Shown here: positions 23,901-35,889 of the stretch, piece after piece
How the letters are laid out: each line of letters starts with the position of its first letter
Numbering within the stretch: position 1 is the stretch's first letter
Assembly (NCBI GenBank): GCA_035084275.1
Contig: CM068744.1
Span: 102,362,001-102,426,000 of the forward strand
Source of the DNA: Hydrolagus colliei
Taxonomy: Eukaryota
Length of the DNA: 64,000 nt
Direction: 5' to 3'
The notes under the pieces: generated by a model
Databases searched by the model: none
What the model was told of the DNA's origin: nothing
The model's input: the letters and a program-made list of their open reading frames with translations, nothing else
Position numbers and translations under genes: made by a program

Positions 23901-25714
23901 TGTTAAGGCACCGCAAAGCAAACAGTCAAATGCTGTGTTAATGGTTTTGGGGACTGAGTCTTCTCTCTGAACCTCCTCCCCCCCCCCCCCCCCCCCCACA
24001 CACACACAGTCTCTCTCTCTCACACACACACACTCTCTCTCTCTCTCTCTCCCCCTCCCTCATGTCTGTCGCTTATGCCAGGCAATCGTGTCAAGTCCAG
24101 AGCATGAAGTAAGGAGGAGACACAAACTCGTGAGAACACCACTCGATGCCAGTTTTCTTTTGAAAAAAATAATCTTTTTTTTTTTAAACAACCCCCCCCC
24201 CCCCCCCCTGAAAGACACGCCAACGTATGAGAGAACTTGTCCTCTCACCCACTTTGCGGAAATAAAGGTGCAGTTGTTCGCTTAAAATATATATTTTTCG
24301 CAACAAAATATGTATCTTTCGCAACTTGGCGTAGGCATTAAAATGCCCGAGTGAATAGGGCGTACTCGAGATCTGTCTTGAGGACTTTGTGCGATTCGAA
24401 TCCGTCCGTCCCGACCCAGGTAAATAAATGGAGCCTTAATAAGAGAAATGCTACTAAAGTGAACATGTATTGTCGCCTCACTCACCGCCACGATTATTGA
24501 TGGAGAAAACTTTTTATATGTATACTGTATACTGTATACTGTATACTGTATATGAAATGTTCCCCTCACTCCACCCCCCCCCCCCCCTCCCTGACCCCCA
24601 CTACCACCTTCCTCCCCCCCCCCACCCCTATCATCGCATCTCTGGCTTCCATATTACATTGCGATGAGTCTTGTCAAATAATATCAGATCAGGAATAGTT
24701 TTTTTCTTCGCAATGCCCTTGAGATGTTTTGGGGGAGAAGTGAAATTCTTCACGTAACAGCTTCACGTTCACTTGGCAAAAGGATTCGTATTGCAAAGGG
24801 GTTGTTACTGCGGTCTTTTGGTTTGAAGAGTTGCCTGCTGTAGTGTAGATAGATCAAGTGTGTGTGTGTGTTTTGCATAGTGCATCGAGTTGAGCGTCGT
24901 TTGAGATAGGGCTGTTACTTGACAATAATTTAGCTGAAATTATCCCAAACCTCCTTCAAATAAATCTATGCCGTTCAGTGTGTTTGTTTTGGAATGTGCA
25001 AGTGTTGTGATCTCAATGTTTTTAAGCTGAATTTCCTCCCAGAAATCACACAATAAGCCATGGAAATAAAAGCAATTAACGGATATAGATAGATCTTGTA
25101 GAATCAGGAGGGCGGTGGGATCTGTGGCTCGTGGTTTCATTTAATTTCCTTGCTTTCGCCCACAGAATACAGTCCCATCAATCCACTTTACAGTATATTG
25201 AAACACAGTATATATCAAATGCAAGGATTATGATTATTATTCTGTGAAGCGCTTTGAGATGCCTCGAGGATATAAGGCGCTATATCAAATGCAAGGTTTT
25301 TTTTATTATTGCTAACCCATCGTGTTGAGGTGAATGATTCCCCTTCAATGATCACTACCCTAGGCTACCTTCACGCGAGGTAACACAGGAGTGTATTGTT
25401 GCATTATTGACTGAAATTCCTGTGTTTATGTTGAATTATTGATGACATACCTAGACTTTCACTAGTATTATAAAATAAGAGTGTTTGGTGATGCATTTGA
25501 GCAACTAAAGTATATTTATTTTAACATTGTCCTTCCCGTTGATTACCAGAAGTTGACATTGTCTCCAATATATTGAATGAAATGGCAGTAATTTTTTGCC
25601 ATCAGTGTTTTGACTCCAGTGCCATCCAATCCAGGTTTCTGAAGCTAAGCCACTGAAAGCTGTTTTGCATGTTAAAAAAAAAGGCATGGCAGCCATCGGT
25701 GTTTTGGTAAAACA

Positions 25715-26150
25715 CTCAGTTGGCTTAGTTGGCTGTAGTCTCGTCCCCTGAGACAGAAAGTCGTGGCTTGAAGCCACATATTAGGACATTGAACTCACAG
25801 TGCGCATAACCATTTCAGTGTTTTGCTGAGCATGTGCTGCATTTTTGGAGGTAGGGCCTTCAGGTGAGAAGTTACAAATGAGGTCCCCTCTGCCTGTTCA
25901 GGTGAAAGCTAAAGATCCCGTGACACTATTCGAAAGAGAAGAGTTTCTCCCAGTGTGTGGGCCACCAATCCTCCAGATAAACTATTTATTCGCTTCATGG
26001 CTCTTTGTAGGACGTTGCTGTGTTGCAAATTGGCAGCTGCATTCTCCTACACAAGTAATCAGTACACTTTACAGTGAATCCCATGAAGCGCTTTAAAATG
26101 TCCTCCCAAATGTGCTTGGCACTATATCAAATGCAAGGATTATTATTAAA
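25715..26150 (+). mobile_element. DeuSINE (SacSINE1-like), near full length
   Basis: tRNA-like head, then gaggtcccctctgcctgttcaggtga..aaagatccc.tg.cactattcgaa and ttgctgtg..gcaaattggc.gctgc (Deu domain as recalled); tail gaagcgcttt...tatatcaaatgcaaggattattatt. Confidence 0.75.
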
Positions 26151-27007
26151 ACAGCAGTGAGGTGGCAGGATCCAGCCACACTGTGGAGTTAGTGGATAAT
26201 TCAGAAGGGGAAGCAAGTTTAATTCATATTCAAGTGAACAGGTGGATGGATTCCTGATTAATGCACAAAACACTGGCTTATATTTTCACCCACACATCTG
26301 TATTTTGAATCTCCCTATGGTGACAGTTACATCTGTGAAACTCTTCTCCTTCAGTTGGAAATAGGGTGTCAGTGGGTTTGATGTTTTACACATGTCAAAA
26401 CCCACTCTGCCTGCTGAAAGTCGATAGCATTATTATCATAAAAGTATAAAAATTGGGGCAATGGGTCAAAGTGGGTCTGGCTCAGTTGGTAGAACTCTTG
26501 CCTTTTTATAGTCAAATCATGTGAAGTATTTTGAGGCATCCTCCTAATGTAATTATAATAAATTCTTTTAAAAAGTCATGCTAAATTTCTACCCTAGGTA
26601 AGAAAACAATTTGTCCACTCGTCAGGAATTGTTCCCTGCTTCCAGCATGGTGCTAGCACGTGAGAATGATAAAATGGGAACGTGTAACTTGCAGCAATAA
26701 TCTTGCAGCCAGTGCTTTCAATGCAGCGTTCATCGAGAGAGTAGCTCAAAATGATTCATAGCTCATCGTGACTTTCTCCATTAAAATTGTTGCCTAATGC
26801 CACAAGTGAAAATAACTCGCTTGAAGAAACCCAATGCATTTGGCCTTCAATTAATGCTAGCGGAAATGAGTTTTATTTGGCACGGGCATACTGTATTTCT
26901 GCACTTACTCGGCTGTGGAAAACAAATGGAGGAAATATCAATGCGGTGGATGATGTTTTCAGATGCTTATGTAGAGCACTTGATCACAGGCTAAACCAAG
27001 CCTAACT

Positions 27008-27320
27008 AACAACAACAACAACAACAAAATTACATTTATAGAGCGCCTCTGACATCGGGAGGACGTCCCAAGGCGCTGAACAGGCAGGTCATAGACATAT
27101 GCTGAATTACATAGGACTCCTGTTGTACTCTGTAAGATATTAACTATTCCTATCCAAGAGCCATAGTAAAGATGATGTCCCAAGGGGCTGAACAGGCAGG
27201 TCATGTGGACCCAAGCAGGGGGATTGGGATCAGGGAGAGTGGAGGGCAGGAAGGGTAGGAGGGTGGCCAAAGGCACGGTTGAAGTGGAGGGTCTTGAGCT
27301 ATACCTTGAAGGAGGCAATT
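27008..27320 (-). mobile_element. L2 3' fragment(s) with internal direct repeat
   Basis: (CAA)n tail, then tttatagagcgcc...ggacgtcccaaggcgctgaacag. Confidence 0.8.
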
Positions 27321-28527
27321 GTAACTGTAAGTGACACAGATCTGCTTCCTAACAGTGCCATAAACCTCACCAGCTCATTCTTAAAGATGACCATCAACAG
27401 CCACCTGCACTTCAGTTCCAGTTATTGCAATCCATGCAATAACTGCATGGATTGAGCAATATGGTTAATCTGATCTCCACTGGAAGGTGGCACACTGTAT
27501 AATGCAGGATGACTTTTTTTCGAAGGCTAGAAAATACTTCATTTGCAGACAGATGGATAAACAGTGCAGTTATTTACGGATAGTATTGTTTGCCCACACA
27601 ACCCTCAGTGACTCCCAATTTACAGTATATCCAATGAAGCGCTTTGGAAAAACATGCTACTCATCCTTCGATCTCACCAAATCATCATTGGTGGCAATGT
27701 CTTCAATCATTATGCACCTAACCTATGGAATTCCCTAATGTGAAAGATATTGTACCAAATGCGAGGATAATTATTATTATTATTGTGGATCCTACCAAAT
27801 GGATGATTATGAAGTATTTGACCAGAGCTAGCAGTCTTTGTTCCCCGTGGTCTTAAACATCTCCCCACTGCTTTCAGCTTCTACTCCTTCAAACAGAAAC
27901 TCTCAATAATTCCCCACTGTCTGGATCCTGTTCCAAGTACCTTTTACTCACTGCTCTTCTAGTCACTGCTCTCCATTGTAGCTTCTGACAGCGTGAGTTC
28001 AAAACTGCATGTTTTGTTTTCTAAATTGTGTAATAGCCAGCACGACTTGATCAAAACACCTCCCGGCTTGATAGACTGGCTAATAATTGGAGTGATCCTT
28101 TATTATACTTCCCAGGTATAATACCTGGGACCAACCCTGCCATTGTGAAGCACTCCGAGATTCTGTCATCCATGAAAGCCTCTATAAAAATGAAAGTTAT
28201 TGTTGTCCTTTTCCAGCAAAATAGGATTTCTCAGCAGCGACCTCCACTGAAATAACGCTGTGGGCACCATTGTCCTGGATGGTACCCGTACCCAAAATGG
28301 TTCACTATAATTCAGGTCTAACAGTAATCATGCTTCTGCTTTATCAGAGTAGTACAGCAGTCAATTCGGTACCCAAATGGTTGCATGTGCATTTGTGCTG
28401 ACATTCTCTGTCTGCTCTCTTCACAGAACAAGGGGAGTCCAGTAGAGTGCCTACCCCAGCAGAGGAACAAAAACAGCGCGTCATCACAATCTGACACTTG
28501 AAGCAGGCAGCCAACATAGATGCGTGT

Positions 28528-28778
28528 ACAAAATGCAAAATGCTGGAAATCTGAAACAACAAACAGAAATCGCTGGGAACACTCAGCAGACAAGGCAGCA
28601 TCTATGGAGAAAAGAAAGTGAATTAGCGTTTCGGGTCCACAACCCTTTGTCAGAATTGGCACAGGGTTCTGACGAAGGGTTTTGTGGACCCGAAAGGTTG
28701 ACTCGCTTTTCCTTTCTCCATGGATGCTAACCTGACCTGCTGAGTGTTCCCCAGCGACCTCTGCTTTTGTTATAGATT
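28528..28778. mobile_element. Palindromic Penelope-like-element terminal repeat remnant with hammerhead-like cores
   Basis: Inverted arms of about 110 bp (28548-28655 / 28667-28778); CTGACGA-stem-GAAA core at 28669-28695; a single-arm relative at about 41690-41825. Confidence 0.65.
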
Positions 28779-31609
28779 CATGTACTGTGGGAGATGTAAA
28801 CCCCTCCGAGGAAGGCCTAGGTGAAACACAGGTAGCAATGAGAGAGAAGACATTGAAGATATTGAAAGGGACCATCTGATTCAGGGCTGGTAGCCACTAG
28901 CAAGCCCAATGATGGTGGGGTGAATTGGGCAGGGGACATGAATTTGGATGGCGTTTGCTGAGTTTGCAGGGAGTGGCTGGGTAGCAGTTCAGAAGAGTTG
29001 AATAATAGATTTTAATTCCTGTTTATGAAGGGTAGGAGTGTTTACAATAACACAGCACTAAGGTGATTGGTGTCATCATCTTAATATTTCCCTCAGTTTT
29101 GTCACACAAAAGATTTCATCAGATTTCTAACCATGCGAATTTTAGCTTATTCAGAATTTCATGTCTCCTTATAGCCTTAGCTTTAAGAACACTATCTTAC
29201 AATTTAACGTCATACAGAATTTCGATTTTATTTCCGGGCTGTGGAAAGACCTCTTCCATTTAAATCAATATTGAATTTATTGTATTTAAGAATTTTCAAA
29301 GATTTGGCAGTCTTACATTTGAAAGCAAATGTAAGACAAATTGAAGAAATGGAAGACAATGCTCTTAAGGGTAAGAGATTTCACATTTCTTGTTTGAAGT
29401 ACTGTAGTAGACAGTAAGATCTAAACTGTAAGATTGCCAAAAGGAATTGTGAATCACGAATCCCAGAAATGTCACCAACTGACCCTCTGGAATTCCACTC
29501 AGACGCTGTTCTCCATTCTGACGTCTATGAAGTGGGTGTCCTGAGCTGAGAACCAGATACAGTTGGTAGCCGAGCCACGTCCGAGATTGTTTGGTTACCA
29601 ATCCTTACTGTGAGTCTTGCAATTTGGACCCACTGCACAGAAACGCCAGCAGAATACTCTTGTAAATACAAATCAATATTGCTGAACTTAATGCATGAGA
29701 AGTCTCTCACCCACAAACAACCACTCAGTTTGGTTTGCAATTGATTCTGCTTTCACGCTTCCTGTAGACAGGTTTTTCTCTCTCTCATTAGGCAGGCCCT
29801 GAGATGTTGTAGACTAACAGCTAAGACTCCCTGATGCTGTTGAAATAATCAGTTGTTTGAACAGCATCATCACTGAACACATCAGGCTGTTGTTGCCATA
29901 CCGCAGGACCTTTACATTACACATAACAACCCCTCCGCGTTCCACAAGGGTGGGATGTGCTGAGCTAATCATACGATGACTTCGAAAAAACAGGAACTAT
30001 CTTACCTCTGCAACAAATTGTGAATATACATGAGCAATGTGAACATTTTGGAAAAAAAAATTCCCCCCAAAGGTAATAATTGCAGGAGCAAATATGATAA
30101 ATATTCAGGAACATTCGCCTGTCTCCACCGTTACTTTGGTATCAGCTGACTAGGAAAAATGTCCAAAGGTCTCATTGCACGTGTGTGATACACTTGCATG
30201 ATATGTATGGTGGGGGTCCAGGTCGCATAGAATGAAATAAGAGTTCCCAAATGTAAAATTAACAAGATTAGTGAAGAGTAATGCTTCAGTGCTGCACATA
30301 TCAAAGCAGCTTTAGCCTCATGTCACCCTTGAGGGCCATTCCGTTATGCACATTGGCTGCTGTGTTTGCCTACAAAATACACTGTAACTACACTTTGCAA
30401 TAAAATCCTATGAAGCATTTTTGAACATTTTCCCAAGGTCAGAGGTGCTATATCAAATGCAAAGAAAACAAATCTCGTACCAATGTCTTCCAGGAATGCA
30501 AATTCTGATGCCCCCTTTCAGCTATTGCAAATTATTACATATAATTATCCTCTCCTGGCAAATTGCAGAGACTGTGATGAACAAAGAACACCGGGCACAC
30601 TGCTGTTTGAAAGAAATACTGTTCAAATATGTTATTATACTCATCGCAACATTATCCTTCCATCCATGTCCAAACCCACATTTTCTCTGAATATTTTCTG
30701 TGTTGCCCTGTTGTTGACCTTGTTCACAAAAAACATGGAATGGATCAGTGACATACATAGATTGCGTGCTAGTGTAACAGTGCCATCGTATTCTTCTCAT
30801 TGCCCAAGTTCAAAAAAAGGTGTTTGGTAACCCCACTGGGAGATAATTAGGGGCAAGTTGGATTGCTATCTGTAACACAACATAAGTAGGGTAAAACTAA
30901 ACTGCCTCACAAGTCTGCACCCAGATCATGTTCCCTGTCAGCATATGAACAATCCAATACTCAGTCAATATCACCTAAAAATGGGGCAAGAGCCTACATT
31001 GAAGAATTAAAAAGTGACATCGCTCCGAATTTGGCTTCCAGTAACCCTCAGCAATACTCCTAATAAGCCTACATAATTTGCCCAAATCATAAGAGTCATT
31101 ATTACTTGGTCTTTTTAATTAAATGTTCTGCTCCAATATTCTTTTGATAAATTTCTGCATTATATTGGGATTAGATTTTTTGCTGGTAACTTTACCAACT
31201 TTGGCAAGTGACGTCACCTTACTGGTTGGTAAATTTACAATCGGCTACATGATAAAGCTCCCGACTTTCAAATCATGGATTCTGAAGTGCTAACTGCTCT
31301 GTGCCATCTTCGCATCTGCCCTCCAGAAGTTAGCTGGAGGAGAAGCTTCTCTCTTTGACTAGACTTTCAGCCACCTCTCTTCAGCCCCTGCTATCTTCCA
31401 CCCTGCTCGGACTTCCACTTTTAGCTATGCGCAAAGCTTTAGGGGATGTTTTTCTCTGTGGAAAGTGCGATGTAAGTGCAAGTTGTTATTGGAGAGCCTG
31501 GCAATTTACACTCACTGGACAGTGCCTGAGTTGGATATTGAGCAATAAAGAAGGAGGAAAGGGAGATTGACCGTAGGCATAATCAAAGACGTAGGTCTTA
31601 ATTTTACCT

Positions 31610-31945
31610 GTAGCTCAGTGGTTACGAATACTTGCTTTGTAAGCGAGAGTCCTGTGTTCGGATGTAATGGGCAAATTTCCTTACTCCACACGCCTCTGTC
31701 TACCTATCAGTACGTAGGAACCCGGTTGTTAGTTGATTGGCAGATCAGTTTTGGGGGGGTAATAATTGCTTAAAAAACCCCAATGAATTGGTGATCCATG
31801 ACTGTTTGTGAGAAATTGCTGTTTGCAATTGGCTGCCGTATTTCACTGACAAAACATACAGTCAATTCACTTTAAAAGTATATTCTATGAAGCGCTTTGA
31901 GACGTCGCGAAGACATGATAATGTACCAAATGCAAGGATTATTCT
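31610..31945 (+). mobile_element. tRNA-derived SINE
   Basis: cctgtagctcagtggtta head, family body and tail aaatgcaaggattatt. Confidence 0.82.
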
Positions 31946-32411
31946 TTAAAGAAAAAAGAGGGGTGAGGGTGGAGGGATTGCGGCAGGGAGTTCGAGAGGG
32001 CTTCATGTCTGAGTGCTCGATGGTGGGATGGATGTGTTAGCTGAGGTGAAGTGGGCAGGCAGAGGAGTGAGGTATGAGCAGGTCAGAGAAGTAGGGAGGT
32101 GCTAATGTATGAAGGGATTTATATATGAGGGGTAGCATCTGGATATCAATCCCTTCGGACTCAGGGAGGCAGTAATCTGCAGAGTTATGCGTGCAGGATG
32201 TGGAGAGTGTGAATGCAGGCAGTGGAGTTTTGGATGAGTGAAAATCTGCAATCAATCAGAAAATCACTTCTCAGATTTTCCATGAATATGCCAGTGTTTT
32301 CCATAATTATTGATTAATTGGGAAGTGAGAAAAAGTGTCCCATTATCTTACTCAGCATGCCATCTGATTATATTTTAAATATCCCCAATGTTTTTTCTTT
32401 ATTATCCCGTT

Positions 32412-33291
32412 TAATAATAATAATAATATTCCTTGCATTTGATAAAGTGGTTTTCACACCTTCTAGACGTCTCAAAGTGCTTCACAGAATACATCAACAA
32501 CAAAATTGCACTTATATAGTGTCTTTCATGTTGGGAGGATGTCCCAAAGCGCTAAACAGTATGGTCGGAACCCGAGTGGGACGTGGGGTGGTGGGGGGCA
32601 GGGGCAGGGTCAGGGTAGGGGGAAGGGGGAAGGGTCGAAGAGGAAGGTCTTGAGACCAGCCTTGAAGGAGGAAAGGGAGGAAGCGAGGCGGAGGGGCTGC
32701 GGGATGGAGTTCCACAGTGTGGGAGCAGAGTGGCTTAAAGCCCAGCCACCGATGGTTGGGCGGTTAGGGCGGTGGACGCGGTGCAGGCCTGAGTCTGCTG
32801 ATCGGAGGGGATGGGCGGGCTGATAGGGAGACAGTAGGTCAGAGAGATAGGCAGTGGCAAGGCCGTGAATGGCCTTGAAAGTGAGGACAAGGATCTTGAA
32901 TTCGATCCTCTGGGTAACAGTGGAGACGGGCGAGGGTGGGAGTGATGTGGTCGCGAAGCTTGGTACGGGAGAGTACACGAACTGCAGCGTTCTGAATGAT
33001 CTGAATATACTGTAAAGAGTATATCTGAATATACTGTACTGTAAAGAATATACTGTAAAGTGAATTGACTGTATATTTGTGGGTAAAACGCAGCAGCCAA
33101 CTGCGCACAGCAGTGTCCCACAAACAGTCGTGGATTGAAAATGACCAATTACAAGTTTTTTTTGGACGGATTATTATTAGGCGTGTGGAGCAAGGAAAGT
33201 TGCCCAAGGTTTTACCCTAACTTGCCTGGATTCGAAACACAGGTATCACGCTTGTAATGCGAGTGCTCTAACCACTGAGCTACAGGACGCC
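32412..33291 (-). mobile_element. tRNA-SINE split by a nested L2 insertion (L2 about 32492-33000)
   Basis: SINE tail at 32412-32490 and SINE body and head at 33045-33291; between them an L2 with QRIEFKILVLTFKAIHGLA..YLSDLL..LWNSIP and a (CAA) tail. Confidence 0.88.
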
Positions 33292-33407
33292 ACAATCCCT
33301 AGATTATTCTAAACATTTATAATTATTATGAGTGTGGAAAACAAATATCCATTCTAACATAATTGTCACTCATTTCTATTTACGGTATGTCTTGTATGTC
33401 TTTCGAG

Positions 33408-34581
33408 TAGGGTCCGTCGATATGGAAATTTTCCGATTAAATATATCGATGGGCTCATATCGAGATATATTGAAATATCGATATTTTCGGGTTTTTCGTA
33501 CTGCGCATGCACGCGCACACTCCGAATGCGCAGTACGTTCCGGGTGCACGCGCCTATCTTCTCAGGAGGTAAATATCTTTCTCTCTCTGTGTCTCTCACT
33601 CTCTCCATCTCTGTGTTTTTCTGTCTGTGTGTCTCCCTCCCTCTCTCCTCTCTCACATCCCCCCCATCTCTATCTGTATATTATCACATCCACCCCGTCG
33701 CCCCCCACCCCCCGCCATCCCTCTCTCGCACCCCCCCACCCCCGTCATCTCTCTCCCCCACCACCACCCCAGCCGTCTCTCTCACCCTCCCCCCAGCCGT
33801 CTCTCTCCCCCTCTCCTCCCCCCCCAGCCGTCTCTCTCCCCCCCCAGCCGTCTCTCTACCCCTCCCCCCAGCCGTCTCTCTACCCCTCCCCCAAGCCGTC
33901 TCTCTCCCCCTCTCCTCCCCCCCAGCCGTCTCTCTCCCCCTCTCCTCCCCCCCAGCCGTCTCTCTCCCCCCCCCCCCAGCCGTCTCTCTCCCCCCCCCCA
34001 GCCGTGTCTCTTCCCCCCCCCCCAGCCGTCTCTCTTCCCCCCCCCCCAGTCGTCTCTCTCCCCCTCCCCTCAGCCGTCTCTCTTCCCCCCCCAGTCGTCT
34101 CTCTCCCCCTCCCCCCAGCCGTCTCTCTCCCCCTCCCCCCAGCCGTCTCTCTCCCCCTCTCCCCCACCCCCAGCCGTCTCTCTCCCCCTCTCCCCCCCAG
34201 CCGTCTCTCTCCCCCTCCCCCCAGCCATCTCTCTCCCCCTCCCCCCAGCCGTCTCTCTCCCCCCCTCCCCCCAGCAGTCTCTCTCCCCCTTACCCCCCAC
34301 CCCCCACCCCCCAGCCATCTCTCTCACCCCCCACCCCTTGCATACCTGTATATTGTATTCGAGGACTGTGAATACAATATGGCAGCTTTGCACCTCGGTC
34401 TGTGCATTGTGTATAGAGATGAACATTCTGGGTCTTGTAGTTCAGTGTGCTCGCATCCCGATTTTTTACCTCGATATATCATTTTTTCGATATATCGATA
34501 TTTTTTAAATGTCTATATCGGCGTATCGATATGAAAATTATATCAGGTTTTAGCGATATATCGATATATCGCCGGACCCTA
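33408..34581. mobile_element. Non-autonomous hAT DNA transposon with internal minisatellite
   Basis: TIR TAGGGTCCG(T/G)CGATAT at both ends; perfect 8-bp TSD CTTTCGAG (33400-33407, 34582-34589); subterminal ATATCG/CGATAT arrays. Confidence 0.93.
33760..34330 (+). repeat. C-rich minisatellite approx (CCCCCAGCCGTCTCTCTC)n
   Basis: More than 20 units directly visible inside the hAT element. Confidence 0.95.
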
Positions 34582-35140
34582 CTTTCGAGCCTACTTTAGT
34601 GGCTCATTGTAAAGTAATAAGTCTGTGTATAACTATTTAAATCGTTAAATACTTTAGACTCGTCAGTGCATTGGATTTATACCCTCAGTCTGACTTTTGA
34701 AGTCTCGGCTTCCTGGGGTCTGGTTGGGCACCCTACCATTCTATTAGCTTTTGTATAATTTCCTCAGTATATTTTATGCATATAAAAAGGGCTACATTTC
34801 TCTGCTCTAATTTGATGTGATTAATAGCATTGTTATGCTACACATTTTTCTACACATGTTTAATGGTTCACATTTATCAGTGTTAAATTTTACTTGCCAA
34901 GTTTCTGGTTAATTGCATCACTGGCCAATTCACTGTGCAGATCATTTCCTGTATCTTTGGTCTCCAGTGCTCCCAGTATTCTGTCACTTGGCCAAATTTA
35001 ATCATCTTACCGGTGGTTGGTTTCCAAGTCATTTAAGTAGATTAGGCCTAATAAGTGTCCAAGAATTTGCCCTTCTGGGATACCACTTATCATGTCCCAT
35101 TGTTCTATCTGACAAAATATGCAGTCATTCCACTTTATAG

Positions 35141-35348
35141 TCGGGTGACCCTATGAGGTGTGTTTCTGGCCAAATGTGCTTTGTCTTGAGTTCAGTAAAA
35201 ACAAACTGAACAGGAACAATAACATTCTAAAAAAGATATGCTCATCAGAGAAACACAGTTATTAATTCAACAAGCTTCTCCAAATCTATCAGCGTCAGGA
35301 ATTGTTGTAAGGACTGTACATTTTTTTTGGCAAAATATGGTCACCCTA
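35141..35348. mobile_element. hAT MITE (Blackjack-like termini) nested in a SINE tail
   Basis: TIR TCGGGTGACCCTAT / TAGGGTGACCATAT; 8-bp TSD CTTTATAG / CTTTATGG; flanks rejoin into the SINE tail sequence. Confidence 0.75.
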
Positions 35349-35889
35349 CTTTATGGTATATCCTGTGAAGCACTTTGAGACGCCTCTTGACCAGAAATGT
35401 ATATCAAATATATCAAATGTAAGTATTATTATTACATCTCATAGGGAGACATTTTTTTCCGTCCTTTGACAAGTTTCTTCTCCAGTCCGTTAGCTGTTTC
35501 CATGGTTTCCCTTGCGTGGTAGAATCAGCTCTTCCATTGTTTGCATTAAGCTCTGTGCTTGAACCATCAACCGTGGTTGGTTCATGATGTGAACTAGCAA
35601 AACCATGTGCTCATCTTCAGCAACATTGAGAGGTTGTGAAATGTATCACACCTTTCTTGAAGTTTGCCAAACAAGAAAAGGGGTGTGACTTACTGTGCTT
35701 ATAGTGCAATCAATATATTGAGAGCAATCCACAACAACCATACATTTGAGACGGAGCCTTTTCTTCAGGAAAAACATCTGAAAGTGATCTTTTGTCACAG
35801 ATATACTGTAAAGTACAATTCCACCTTTTCACAATTCTTTGTTTGAAGAAATGTTTTCCTGATCCCCTTTCTAAATGCCTCGGGTCTAC

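Noticed and set aside
22485-24029. Long Pro/His/Thr-rich and Gly/Val/Cys-rich ORFs (up to 514 aa)
   Set aside because: Stop-free translations of the G-rich minisatellite that read through an N gap; no domain or splice support.
33760-34330. Regularly spaced repeats superficially like a CRISPR array
   Set aside because: Eukaryotic context, no unique spacers and no cas genes; it is a simple minisatellite.
33332-34534. 400-aa, 293-aa and 281-aa Pro/Ser-rich ORFs
   Set aside because: All three frames are open because of the C-rich minisatellite inside the hAT element; no transposase motifs.
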